Shown here: positions 49,247-61,623 of the stretch, one piece after another | Numbering within the stretch: position 1 is the stretch's first letter | Layout of the letters: every line of letters begins with the position of its first letter | From: Neoechinorhynchus agilis | Lineage: Eukaryota; Animalia; Acanthocephala | DNA: 64,000 nucleotides | Assembly: GCA_051530055.1 (NCBI GenBank) | Contig: CM121341.1 | Location: 12,254,784-12,318,783 of the forward strand | Reading direction: 5' to 3' | The notes under the pieces: model-generated | The model's database searches: none | What the model saw: only the letters and a program-made list of their open reading frames with translations | Told to the model about the DNA's origin: nothing | Made by a program: the position numbers and the translations under genes

Positions 49247-51013
49247 ATGATTTTGAACCTGAAAAATCAGGTTTATGAGGAGGTTATCGAGGATTGTAGA
49301 AAGCACGGGAAGCTCTTCGTGGACAAGACTTTTCCGGCCAACAAATCTTCACTTGGAAAAGTGAATCAGAAAGTTGAATGGCATAGACCAAAAGAATTAT
49401 ATGAGTCACCCGTTTTCTTGGAGGAAACCAGCCCTGAAGGAATTAGGCAAAGTTTTTATTTATCAAACTGTTGGTTCGCAGCCGCAATCTCTGCTTTGAT
49501 GGACCACAGAACAGCCCTTGAGTTCACAACGCCAAATGGTCAAGGTTTCGCAGATAAACAATACTTTGGGGTTTTTCGTTTTCGCTTCAACCAACATGGC
49601 ACGAGAATCGAAGTTGTCGTGGACGATCAACTGCCTTTTGTTACAGAGAACGGACAAAGGACAATGATGGCGATGGGAAACGCATTGAACCCGATCGATT
49701 TTTGGTTGCCTCTGATCGAAAAAGCATATGCGAAAATTCGAGGGGGCTATTGGACGATGAACTTCGGATTGCCCAGTGAAGCGATGGGCGATTTAATGGA
49801 CGGATTGCCTGAAAAACTCAATTTACGACTCAAGTCTTTGACAAGTGAATGGATCCGGACTCACATAGAAAGAACAATAAGCGAAGGTGGAATAATTGTA
49901 GGTTCAACGATATCGTCCGAGAACACAGTGAGGGCGAACGAAATCGCAAACAATCACTCTTATTCGATACATAGAGCGGAGAAAGTCTCGTTTGGAACAT
50001 TTGGAAGCAGTCTTATTTTACTAAAGAATCCATGGAGCGATGGAACGACATGGAGCGGAAAATGGGCTTGGAAAGATTTTGTTTGGCAACAGATCGGCAG
50101 TTCGGAGCGTTTACTCCTTGGCTTCGAAAACTTCGAAAAATCCGGGATGTTTTGGATGGAAGCAACGGATTTTATTGCTCAATTCGATACGGTTGACTTT
50201 ATCCATCGATCTCCGGGTTCATTAGTTCATAGAAATCCCACGGATTGTATCAGTACAACGGAATGGGTTACGAGTTATCACTGGGGAATCTGGCTGAGCG
50301 AAAATCGACCAAATGGAAGTCGTACTTTTTGGGAAAACCCAAGAACGATTTTCAGGATTGAGTCTTCATCTAAATCTACTTACATTTATTTAAGATTGAA
50401 TCAAATGTACCGAAGGCAGAATAAACACCATGAACAACACGATTTCGAATTTATCCAATTGATTTTGTGTCGAACAAAGACGTCAATCGAAATGCCATTA
50501 AAATGGATTACGTTCAATACGCCCGCGAACTTCGAATTAATCGCAACGTCCGGGCCATATTGCAATCTGAGAGAAATTTCGATTCTAACGACAATAACAG
50601 ACGGATGGTATATTGTTTTGAGTTGTCTAAAGAATGTTGTTGCAACTAAAGAGTTTATTTTGACAGTGACAAGTGAGGCGAGCATTCAATTCTTTGATTT
50701 ATCGGAGAATGCTCTCGAGTCGTTATCAGTGACGAGTTTTATGAAAGTAGACGATATTAAGAACCACAGAGAGAGGATTCTCAAAGGCGATCGAGTAGAG
50801 GAAATCGACGTTTTCGACGTTTCAAAAAACGAGGTTCGAAGCAACAGCTCTGTTTTATCAGATATTTTTTCAGATGAAGGAATGAATGAACCTAAAAAGA
50901 AAATAAGTCGTTGGAGCAAATTTAAGAAAAGAGCAAGGAAGGCGTTTGGCTTTCTTTGGAAAGGTCTACAAAGAATGAGTTGTCTTCGTCCTTTATTGGA
51001 ATTTGAAAAATGA
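49247..51013 (+). CDS. Intronless calpain, copy 2
   Basis: ORF intact; differs from copy 1 at HRSPC->HRSPG and RMNC->RMSC. Confidence 0.92.
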   Translation: MILNLKNQVYEEVIEDCRKHGKLFVDKTFPANKSSLGKVNQKVEWHRPKELYESPVFLEETSPEGIRQSFYLSNCWFAAAISALMDHRTALEFTTPNGQGFADKQYFGVFRFRFNQHGTRIEVVVDDQLPFVTENGQRTMMAMGNALNPIDFWLPLIEKAYAKIRGGYWTMNFGLPSEAMGDLMDGLPEKLNLRLKSLTSEWIRTHIERTISEGGIIVGSTISSENTVRANEIANNHSYSIHRAEKVSFGTFGSSLILLKNPWSDGTTWSGKWAWKDFVWQQIGSSERLLLGFENFEKSGMFWMEATDFIAQFDTVDFIHRSPGSLVHRNPTDCISTTEWVTSYHWGIWLSENRPNGSRTFWENPRTIFRIESSSKSTYIYLRLNQMYRRQNKHHEQHDFEFIQLILCRTKTSIEMPLKWITFNTPANFELIATSGPYCNLREISILTTITDGWYIVLSCLKNVVATKEFILTVTSEASIQFFDLSENALESLSVTSFMKVDDIKNHRERILKGDRVEEIDVFDVSKNEVRSNSSVLSDIFSDEGMNEPKKKISRWSKFKKRARKAFGFLWKGLQRMSCLRPLLEFEK

Positions 51014-51590
51014 AACTACGAGTGAACGGTGCATATATAGAAAAATCTCGCGTTCACTTAGAGAAGTCGCGAATTTCGGGAAATCAAAACTTTTGGTTAA
51101 ACCAAATGTATTTTTGAGGAGGATCGTTGGGTGTATCATAAAAGACTTAAATCTTGTCAAGCCTCGAATTTAAATATCAAAATCTACTGACTGTCGACGC
51201 TTGAGATATTTGCCGGTGACTTGTTTCCTTCAAAATATATCAACTGCGACGGATTTATTATCCGCCTTTGATTAAACTTTGACGCCGGAAACTATTAGCT
51301 GCTATAGATTATTCAATTATTTTCGTGGCGCAGGATTCGACTTTATACTGCTCATTAAAAAGATTAAAATCGTTGTATCAGATGAACAGTCACTCTGAAC
51401 TTTTAAATAATCAAGAATGTTATCGTGATTGATGACGATTCCTTAAACTTGCGTATTACTTCAATTCGAAATTAAATTTAATAAAAACAACTCACGATAG
51501 CTCAATTTTTCCTAGCGCAAATAGAAACTGTAAACAAATTCAAAATGTAATCCTGTTTGCTTAGTTCTCCAAGTGAACACGTCGAGGCAA

Positions 51591-52163
51591 ATGAGCAATA
51601 GAGAGTGCTGCAAACCAGTGTACCATCGAATAAAAATGCTCTTGCAATGGATCAAGAAGATTCGCCTTAATCCGGAGAAGATCATGCAAACCGTTCACGA
51701 GATTCACGATCTTTTAGACCGTAAAGGCACTTTCAAGGGAAAAATCAATCGGAAGGAAATTGCTGCGTACCTGTACGTTGCATGCAAACGGAATCGCAGA
51801 CCGAGAAGCCTGTTCGAATTCTCCAAGGTTTGCAAGATATCTCGAGCAGAACTTCATCAAAAGGTTTCTATCATCCTGCTGCCTTGGATGATAAATTTCC
51901 CCGTTCAAACGAAATGGATTATCTCAAAGAAGGTTGCATTCGATTAAGACTGAACACCGAAATTGAGGAAAAAGCTCAACAACTTTTGAACATGTGTGTA
52001 AGTTGGCTTTCTTGCATCGACTAGAGCTGCGTCGGCGATTGTTGTCGCAGCCGAAAAATATGGTTCGAAGCTTCAAATTGAACAAGTTGCTGATGGACCA
52101 GCAGTGTCCGTATGAACCATGAAAAATTGCATAAGGCGATATTCAAGAAACTCAAGAATTTGA
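51591..52163 (+). pseudogene. Frameshifted TFIIB-like copy 2
   Basis: atccttaaggcc -> atcctgctgcc (-1) at ~51876 gives a premature TAA at 51945-51947; a second indel lies near 51995. Confidence 0.85.
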
Positions 52164-54112
52164 TTTGACGCGTTGTTGAAATTTGCAGATTTTTAATAAA
52201 TTTTTACAATTAATGCGGCATTGAGTTTTGAATACACTATAGGCTCCAAACTATTTCTCAATTCGCTCCTGCTAAATATCAATTGAAGAACATTTCAACT
52301 AAGCCGTCACCGAAATTTGCATCGTTTTTGAGCTCGTGAGGTAGGCAATCAAAGTCTTAATAGGTAAGATTTTATTTAAAGAGCCTTCGATGCTGCATAC
52401 TTTTAACTACGAATTACTATCACAGAGGTTATGGGACGGATGTGATAGATGGAAGATTTATTAAATGTTCTATTTAATGCGATGTAGACATGCACGTCTA
52501 ATAAAATGTTTAAATAGTCTTTTTCGTTTCTATTCGCGCAAAGTAGAATTATTCAACAATTTCAAATACTTAGTGATGCACTGAAGTTTTCTCGATAGAC
52601 ATTGCATATTTTGCTTCTTAGCCAATAGCAATGCGTATTAAAAATGAAATTACAAATTTATGCTTTTGCCGAACTTAATCGCAGTTTAATGACCATTCCA
52701 TTTTGTATATTGCGAAACGTCTTCAACGTGAGACGGAAAACCAGTAAAACGCTCAAACAATTAGCGTAACACACAAAAAGATTCATCGAACAAATTTATG
52801 TAATTTAAAAAATCCGTTTGCGCTGTAAATCCGTGAAATAAAGAATAGTTACTTTCCAGATTTTCGTCGATTATTAGAAAAACCAAAATTTATTTTATGG
52901 CGCATTGGACGATTTCATAGGTTTCACGAGTATTCTTTAATGTTTTGAATTGGATTTGTGGATGTTTTGGTTATCACTTTACCAACAAAAATTGTAATGA
53001 ACAATACCCAAAGTTTTGGAATGATTTAATCTGATTTTCGAAACTTTTGATTCAAGTTATCGGGACACATTAAAAAAATTAAAATTATGAAAACGGCGGC
53101 TTTCGTGTGACTAATTTCTGGACATTGGCCTAACTCTCGTTTGCGAAATTCAAATATGAAAGCATTTAAAAGGCGTTAATTAATTTTTCCTAGACAGAGA
53201 AATCTAACGTTGCGACTTAGCCGAAGACAGGTTAGGTATTGAAATTATTTCGGTCATTTATAATTAAATAATATTTAAATTTTCAATTCGTCTTCCATGG
53301 AAATGCTAAGACCTTTACCAGTAACCACAATTTCGAATTCCTTTACAGAATGTTAAAATAGTCTTTTATTTTATATTCCATCTTAAACAAAATTATATAG
53401 GTGATAATGTCTTAATAAATTGCGATTTTATCGTCGTCGATCATTAAAATTGTCGTTTCGAAATTACCTCTTATAGAAGCAATTCTGGTGTTAGTATTTA
53501 AGGTTAAAATCATTTTAATCATGATCGCGAAATTCTTGCTTCTCGGTGCGGCAACTGTACGTATTCGACAATTGAACCTTCTTTTGGATCGTTTTTATAG
53601 TTTTCGCGATTTTTGCATTGAAATCATTGCAATGAAATGGATCTCAAATTCCTACAAGTTGTTAAAAAAAATTTGCAGTAATAAATGTATTCAATCAATC
53701 TTCATTTCTCGACAATTAACACACTCACCACCTCCCGCCGAATTCCAGCTTTTGTCCTTCCTCGACCGTCACCATCAAATTGGTTCTGCGTTTTTAAAGT
53801 TTTTCGCGATTTTTGCATTGAGATCATTGCAATGAAATGGATCTCAAGTAGCTACAAGTTGTTAAATCAGTTCTACGTTTTTAAGCTTCGAGTTATTTAA
53901 AAATCGATAGGTCTATTGTCGGTTTTTTGGGTTAGCCTAGAATGCATTTCTAACGCAGCAATCACAATGCAACAAGCGATTGAGAATCTCATTACTATTT
54001 TAGAGTACCTCCTACTCGAATGAATGGTATTCTTTGGTTTTCACAATGCTAAATAGCGAGGATGTCGATAAAAGCCTTCTAAACTATATCCAACGACTGT
54101 TGAGTGTGTATT

Positions 54113-54739
54113 ATGCGTCTTCGATACATTTTGCTCGCATTAGTCTTAAGTTCAATGGCAAACTGCCTTAAACTTATAAGTTCATTTGAAGTAGAAGAGT
54201 GTGGTTCAGCGGATGCCATTGACCATCGAAATCCGCTTTCGAAACAAAGATTTAAAATAATAAAAAGCCGCGACGTGTTCAAAAGAGGAATTCGGAATAC
54301 TTTAGCGGAAGGATATGCAAACAGTAGATCACGCCGAGTTGGTTGGTTGAACGTCGTTTAGAGTGTGGAAACGGAATTGTTTGAAATAACCAATTGTTGT
54401 CTTTATGCTGAAGAGAGCAGCTTCCTAATAACTAGTTTTAGGTAACTTTTTCAAAGAAAGTTTTGCCGGGATAATCTGAATGCCGGAGATAAAATCAGTG
54501 AATCTCACGAGATTAAATTCATATTACAAATCGGGTCCATTGCGATTTTTGATAGTTATAGGTGCTTTACAGTAACGAATAAATGTTTTGAAGGGTGCAT
54601 CTTAAAAGCCAAGTCTATTTTAGTTCGTTCCATAGCTGCACCAGGCAATTGTCTTTATAGAGCTGACTTCATGAAATCGAGGCAGTTGTGGGATGTATTC
54701 AAGAAAAAACACGACATTGCTAAGGGAATTTATAGCTGA
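54113..54739 (+). CDS. Possible small secreted protein of unknown family (exon model uncertain)
   Basis: Signal-peptide-like MRLRYILLALVLSSMANC and open downstream frames bounded by GT/AG; no recognisable homology. Confidence 0.3.
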
Positions 54740-55067
54740 TAATGTTTACAATCAGGAGATATGCTCTTTTTAGTAGTAAACTCGTTGATTTAAATTTACC
54801 ATATTCCGAGTTTCTCAAATTATGTGTTTTAATAACAGTCTTACTATAGCCATTTGTATTTCCCCTGACAAATTAGATGAATCTACAAAAATGTTCCTGC
54901 TTAAAATCTTTTGTTTTTGTGAAGTTTAAAGATTTATAAAAAGTAGAAATACACAAGAGTGAATGGAATTTTTGTGGTCGGTAGTGAACGTTAGCGGAAT
55001 ACCTGCGAGCACATTTTCTACAATCTTGGCAGATTTACCAATGCTCTTCCCAATAAACCAGTTTAGC

Positions 55068-56525
55068 TTAAACTCTCTTTTCCGAAATACAATCCACTAA
55101 GGAAAATCCTCCATTAAACAAACATTCAATGTTAATGGTTTCTGCAAGATATACTGCCGTAATGTCCCCAAATGACTTCGCCGTCCACATATCCTCAAAA
55201 CGAACTGAATCGCAATCAAGATCAATAGTCTCATGTTCAAGTTCAACGAGTCGCAATAAACATTCTCCGGCATGAACGGGCTTTACGTCTTTTGTCCATA
55301 AGGTCATATGCGCTCTATGCCCAAATCCACAAGTGGGATGCTCTATTGAACCCTTTCGCTCACATGTGAATTGCGTATTCTCAGGTTGTCGGAAAAGAAC
55401 CCAGGTAAGCGGCTCTATTAATCGTAATCGAATCAAACTTATATTTGCTGTAAATACAAATCCGACAACTGCTACGGTGAAGATGCGACCTAACATTTCA
55501 CGTATCTCGCTTGGAGGATTATTACGTTCGGTTTTTGATCGATTGTACATTGTAGTCATATGAAGCTGCTGCGATGGTCCTAAGACGAACTCGAACCTAG
55601 AAAAGTCTGAGCCTAATTGACGTGCGATCGAAGTTGCTTTATGGGAGTGAAAAGATCCTTTTGATTTAATTTAGCCAAGTAATTTAAAATGAATGACATT
55701 TTAAGGCTTCATATTCTTCTTGTTATTTTATGGTTTTTAGTCACAACAAGGACACCATTGGCGATTTGCATTACTTCTTTTGGATAGTTATAAACGTTTT
55801 GTATCTTATTTTGATTTAAAGAGCTTTCAATAGATGTTTAGAGCGACGCAAAGCAACTGTGGAGATTTAAATTTCCAAAAAGGTTTCCACTTACCCATCG
55901 AGCAGGATCTTTTCGCCTCGCCTTGATGGCATAATCGTCCGCATTCATTAATGCCCGGAAAGAGTCCGTAATAGAAATATCCGAGTGGTCTATATAGTGA
56001 TACCTTTTTCTTTAAAGTCTCATTGGGGACTCCATGAGTGTTCCTCTCGCATAAGTGAATGAAACAGGTCCGCCAGTCACTTACCGTTTCCAAAACGATG
56101 GGTAAATACGAATACAAGATAGCTATTTTGACGTAAGGATATATCTCGTCGAAATATCGGATATTCGTATTATCCACAATGACGGCATTCGCTCGATGTT
56201 GGCTCACAGCACGTAAAGCACGACTGCGACATTGAAGATGAGCTTCATGGATAAGGTTAAAGTTATAATTGTAGGTTTTTGTGTCAGGATCAATGAAGAA
56301 ATGATCAGCAGAACACACTAAATGTTCCGGATACTTACGACATAGCTGGCGACTGATGTAGCTTTTTCCGCTTCCAGGAAGTCCTCGTAAAATGAACATT
56401 ACTTTGGTTTGAAGTAGGAACCGAACTGTACGTTTGTCGTTCAATACATTGTTTAAAAGAGATATTTCTGTTTTGGAAGATGGTGAGCAGGTGCAGGTTG
56501 ATTGAGAGAATGCTTCAGTGCTCAT
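55068..56525 (-). CDS. CNP: 2',3'-cyclic-nucleotide 3'-phosphodiesterase (PNK-like P-loop + 2H domain)
   Basis: MFILRGLPGSGKS, CSAD, IVDNTN, then the two HxT motifs LHMTT (just upstream of ORF 55068-55559) and RAHMTL. Confidence 0.82.
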
Positions 56526-57186
56526 CGACTCTATAAATGAAATTCGAAAGTAAATCATTCTTGAACTTAATATTAGTGGTTTAGTGGCAAATATATTTGT
56601 ACTCTTTAAACATGTTTTAGGCATTTATAAATGGAAGATGCTATAGTTGAGCTTAAAGAATTGGCGATTTCTAACAAGTCAAATTCACCAGAGAAATTGC
56701 TCCCTGCCACCGGTAAAGAGCGGGAATTTGGATTTATAAGAGTCCAAAATTAGCAGACAAAATCACGGGTCACCGAAATTTTAATAATATATCTATCGCT
56801 TTAAGCTTGAATAACGAGCAAAGTTAAACTTTCAACACTGTCATAGCGTCGCTAACAATATCTTAGGTTCCATTATTAGACCGCTCGCATAAGTAAATCG
56901 ATCAGTAGATAACCTGGGATGGAGAAAATAATTTACAATCGCAATTGCGAGCTGTGACCGTTTTTCCTAAATCGACCGAATTCTAGAGCATTTAAGCCGG
57001 AAGGGTATTTCGTCGGTTTCTGTTTCACCCAAGAATTAATTTTCGTTCCTTTGAAACCTATACAATTCGAAACTAAAGACGTACTTAGAAATATAGTCAA
57101 ATTTGAGAATATTGTATATTTTCAAACCGTTATACTTAAAATTGATCTTATGAAATACTACTCGATTTGCCAGCCGTATGATTGAG

Positions 57187-57582
57187 CAGGTTTTGTTTTT
57201 TAGTTGACACTTTGGCGGGTTGTTGTAATGATAAAGAAAAATCTTTTTCGACATTCTCGACGCGAGTTGGATTTGTTGCCAAGGACTCGGTGGAACTATC
57301 TATCACCGAAGCACTACCTATATCCCTGGCGGTTGGAAGGGGATGGCGCTTCCGTAGACAATGCGAGGGGGAGTTTTGAATATCAGCTCCGCAAATTCCA
57401 GGAATTAATCAATAGCCTGGGCGAACTTCCCGCTTCGATGTCGCTACTTTAACACATACTTTACATCTTCACGTGCCTTTGTAGATTCCTGAGGAGGCCG
57501 TAAAACGACCAAAGCTTGAGAATAAAGATTTTTCTTTATCATTACAACAGCCCGAACAAGTCTCATTTAAAAACAAAACCTG
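57187..57582. mobile_element. 396-bp element with ~60-bp inverted termini made of the family-2 hammerhead-flanking module
   Basis: 57187-57246 is the reverse complement of 57524-57582. The right arm carries CCTGAGGAGGCCGTAAAACGACCAAAGCTT, homologous to the 34 kb array unit. Confidence 0.75.
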
Positions 57583-58762
57583 ATTTAAAATTGAGCACAT
57601 CTTGAAAGACTTAAGGGGAGATGTGAAATAGGTAACGAAAACCAAGTAGAGAATTAACCTGAAAGCAAATTATTGGGCAATCAACGCAAAAAAACTGTAA
57701 TTGCTTAAATCGAACATGAACCTTATTGATTTTAGAATTATCCCTTTAAGATAATTTAGAGAAATCACATACTCATGGAGAGTTAGAGGATGTTTTCGCT
57801 GTAATTAATTTGAGGATAGCACAATCTCGTAGGAATTGTTTGAAGAATAAATATGATTTAAACGGAACTGAACACTACCATTTTTGTGATTTTGACTCGC
57901 TCATGGATGTAACAGGCTCAAAAAAGAAATCAATCCATTCTGATATTTAATCAAAAATAGTAAAGTTCAGTTTTGTTTCTTAGATAACTCTCAGGCGTAG
58001 TAGCAATTATTGACCATGTAAAAAGGGTCCACCGTCGTAAGCCATCCAGTGGAACGCGCATCATTTTCGTCAAAATTTTCAAATAACCTACTTAAAGCGT
58101 GAAAGGTACCTACAATTTTTGATTAAATTGGTGTTGAAATTTGGATTCTGCATCACTTAGGACTTGATTTATCAATCGCAATATAAAACCATAAATTGAG
58201 TTGAAATTATTTTCGGATTCTTATAGTCGATTTATTCTTTCTAAATTTCTCAAGATTTAAGGGAATAAACGAGAAAAGTGTTGGTAGATTATTGTTTAAA
58301 GATTGCTTAACGATTTTAGAAACTGACGTCATGATAGAGAATATAAATCATTGCATTGAATCGGAGTACGATTGCTGTATATTTGCGAACTAACGTATAT
58401 TTTAAAGCTAAAATAAATTGATGGCGGAAAAACAAGAAAGTTTAAAAACGTGGAAAGTTTTCTATTTCGCATTAGACTTTAAATGCGAATTGAGTACAAC
58501 AACGGTCTCTTATTATTAAGCGCATTAATACACTAAACGGGATTCGGACTTTACTTTTATATTATTCGATTATTCAAAATACAAAAGCAGGCATACTTGC
58601 TGCGAACAATCCCGTGGAGATTTTTTCTAGCAAATTAATAAGACTTCGCACATCTGCGAGCATTTGTTTCGTAGATACTTGAAGTTGTTTCTTTTCCCCC
58701 GTATGCTGCGCAAGATATCACTCATGCTCGTTGTTTTACAATATCGTCAAAACGCAATTGCG

Positions 58763-61623
58763 TCAAGCTAAATTTCCATAATTTTGATTCCATTTGAGAT
58801 AGGAATCAACCAATTGTTGAGAGACGGACGGCCGTATGTTTTTCATCGCTTTATCGAAATCAAGGGACTCTATTGGTCGAAATTGGCGACTGTCGTTTAT
58901 TTGCTCAAGCTGTTTTCTAGACATTTCCCGAACTGGTTGAAGAGCAGCATCTTTTGCAAGCTCTGTAAGGTCACTAGCGGAGTATCCTCTGGTTAATCTA
59001 CGTTTCCATTTATTTGGGAAAGGTTTAAAGCGGTCAGACTCACTCTGCCAATCTTTGCATTTCGGCTTCTCCTATGCAACAATCATGAGCACTTAGTAGA
59101 CTACGAAGCAGGCATAATCTGGCACTAAAGTTTGGCATCCCGACGTAAATGCGTTTGGGAAACCGCCTGATTATTGCAACGTCCAGTTCCTGAGGGCGGT
59201 TGGTTGCGCCCATCACAATTAATCGATCAGTTGGCGATGTCGATAACTGAATGAAAAAGATCCGGATTTGATCGAAAACTTTCAGGGCGATAAAAATGTA
59301 ATTGATGGACGAGCTTTGTACAAAAATGTCACAAAAAAATGTCAAAGGGATTAGAGCACAAGTGGAAATAAAATAAAAGATGTTACAACAAGGGGATTTA
59401 ACGGATTACTATTCGCTATTGCATCATTAATAGGTATCTTCAAGAAGGAAAAAGGTTTTTGAAGAAGGCAGTATGAAGTGCAAAGAGAAATTCAGCGGGT
59501 TTAAGGTGTTCGGATATTAATAAAAGAAGTCGTGATGGAACGACAAAATTCTAGACGATGTAAAAGAGAAGCAAATGAGGTTTTTAAAATGGAGACAGAA
59601 GCCTCAGATAAATATTGAGGATGATTTCGATGGCATAAACGGGCAAAATGATGTTAGTAGAAAATTATTAGTATGATGAATTAAAGAGCATGCAAAGATT
59701 TGAAAACAACATAACTCAATGGAAGGATATGGATTTTATGCGAAAGTGAAAATAAGGGGAAAAATAAGATGAAGTTAAGGTTGGAGCGAGATATCTTAAG
59801 CTTGCGAGAAAAAGAATCATTGCGGAGAAAAAATCTGACAAGAAAACTGAATGGAATCCAAATAGATTGATACACTATGGCTTAGAATTGTTGTTAGATT
59901 AATATTATGGGTTGGGTTAAAAGAAAAAGATCAATGGATAGCAAAGGGCGACTAATTTAGGAAGTGAATCGAAATGGGTATTATTTCCGATAAACAAGAT
60001 CCGTCCTTTAGACCATTACACCAGGAAGACAGCTGAGTGATCCAGAGCCGTGGCGTGAATATTCGTAAATGCATGTGAAAGTGGTGTAACAATATAACTT
60101 CAATACAAAAAAAAGAACTAAGGCCACAATTGACACATTAAATTAAAGAGAGAACACAAATAAAGGTGTAAATTAAGACGAAATAAAATTGTACACGATT
60201 CTTGATACTATAGAGACTTGTTGCAAGCACACAATTAGACTTGCAAACGTCTTTAAGAAAGGATTTGAAAGGTCACATAATCAAATGACATGTTTAAAAG
60301 GCTCTAACATAAATCCGAGAAAGCAAGACGATAACATTTATAGGGTTTAAATGCATAGCAATTGAAAAATTTGAACTTCTCCTGTATTTAAGGAAATTTA
60401 AGTCGAACCCAATTAAATCGATAATAGAAAAATTATCACATAATTCAATGTCAAAAACGAAGAGTACTCACCCCATCAAATCTGAGAAGAAACTCAGTCT
60501 TCATCCTCCGACTAGCTTCATGTTCGGTATCTTTCCTTTCGCACAAAAACGAATCCACTTCATCTGCACAAAGCAATGGGAGATTATTTACCTAAAAATA
60601 AAAAATATCTACCTATAAAAATCACCGACGGTTGAATTTCCCGAGCTACCTCGAACAAAGATCTAACGAGTTTTTCACCTTCACCAACCTACACGAGTCT
60701 TTAAAAAGATAGACAGAATTAGATAAAACTCACATATTTTGAGGTCAGTGTCGAAGCGCTAATATTAAAAAAGTTACATTGGGCTTCCTTAGCAACGGCA
60801 CGTGCCTATTTTAACACTCTTTTATTAACTGATTATTTGTTTTTGAGCTTACGAGCATTGTCTTGCCATTTCCTGGAGGACCAAACAATAAAATACCCTT
60901 TGCTGGAGACCGCAGTCCAGTAAAGACCTAAATTGAATAAAGTTCGTATTTCCTTTTTTTCAAAAAGATTCCTTACCTGCGGTTTGAGCGCTGGTAAAAT
61001 GACGGTTTCGTTAAGGGCTTCCTTAGCTTTTTCAAGTCCTACAATCTCTTCGAAATCGGTCGACGTGGACCGCTCAACAATTTCATCCAAAATGATCTCT
61101 ACTAAGCGCTTTTCCACATTAGGAATTCTAAAAACTCGTTTCCCCTCTGACTTCGTGGCTTTTCCATAACTTGGAGGACTATCTTCATACGTTGTGCGAT
61201 TTCGGCTCATCGGTGTCGTTGGTCGCGAAAGTTGTTGCTCTAAAATAAATCAGTTTATTAAAGAAGATGGGCAGTATATGCGTCCGAAAATAACCTAGCT
61301 CAGTTAACCGTGTTCGAACACTTTTTAAATTAAACTATTGATCAGTATTAAAAGATTTCCTCTTGACTGAACAATAGTATATCTTTAATTTTTGCCTGGA
61401 TTTGTCTCGCACCGACACTCGATTGATCGTAGCCACGAACCGTTATTCGTAGCGACGCTTCAAAGTACTCAGCTCCTTGTCTGTAGAGCGGTAGAGCGTT
61501 TCTTGGGTTTCCGCCGGATTCTTCAAGTTGAAGAGCTCGATTGATAGCATCGTACCCCAATTGAGATAACTCATTGACTCGTGAACTCGCTTTTACAGCC
61601 ACCGGACTTGTGTACGCACTCAT
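58763..61623 (-). CDS. SPAST: Spastin (MIT + AAA ATPase), ~9 exons
   Basis: MIT domain, [80 protein letters not shown]. The start could lie further upstream (frame open to 61791). Confidence 0.93.
59430..59900 (-). mobile_element. Probable LINE ORF2 3' remnant inside the long spastin intron
   Basis: C/T-rich minus strand with [16 protein letters not shown], resembling the L2/CR1 C-terminal LHWLP..FK..PxYL pattern; heavily decayed. Confidence 0.35.
60003..60068 (+). mobile_element. 3' tip of a CRE element in the spastin intron
   Basis: [20 protein letters not shown] matches [17 protein letters not shown] at 63266-63330. Confidence 0.7.

Larger units (their letters stand above)
47302..53320 (+). 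repeat. Segmental duplication copy 2 (~6.0 kb)
   Basis: Matches 39819-45974. Confidence 0.97.
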
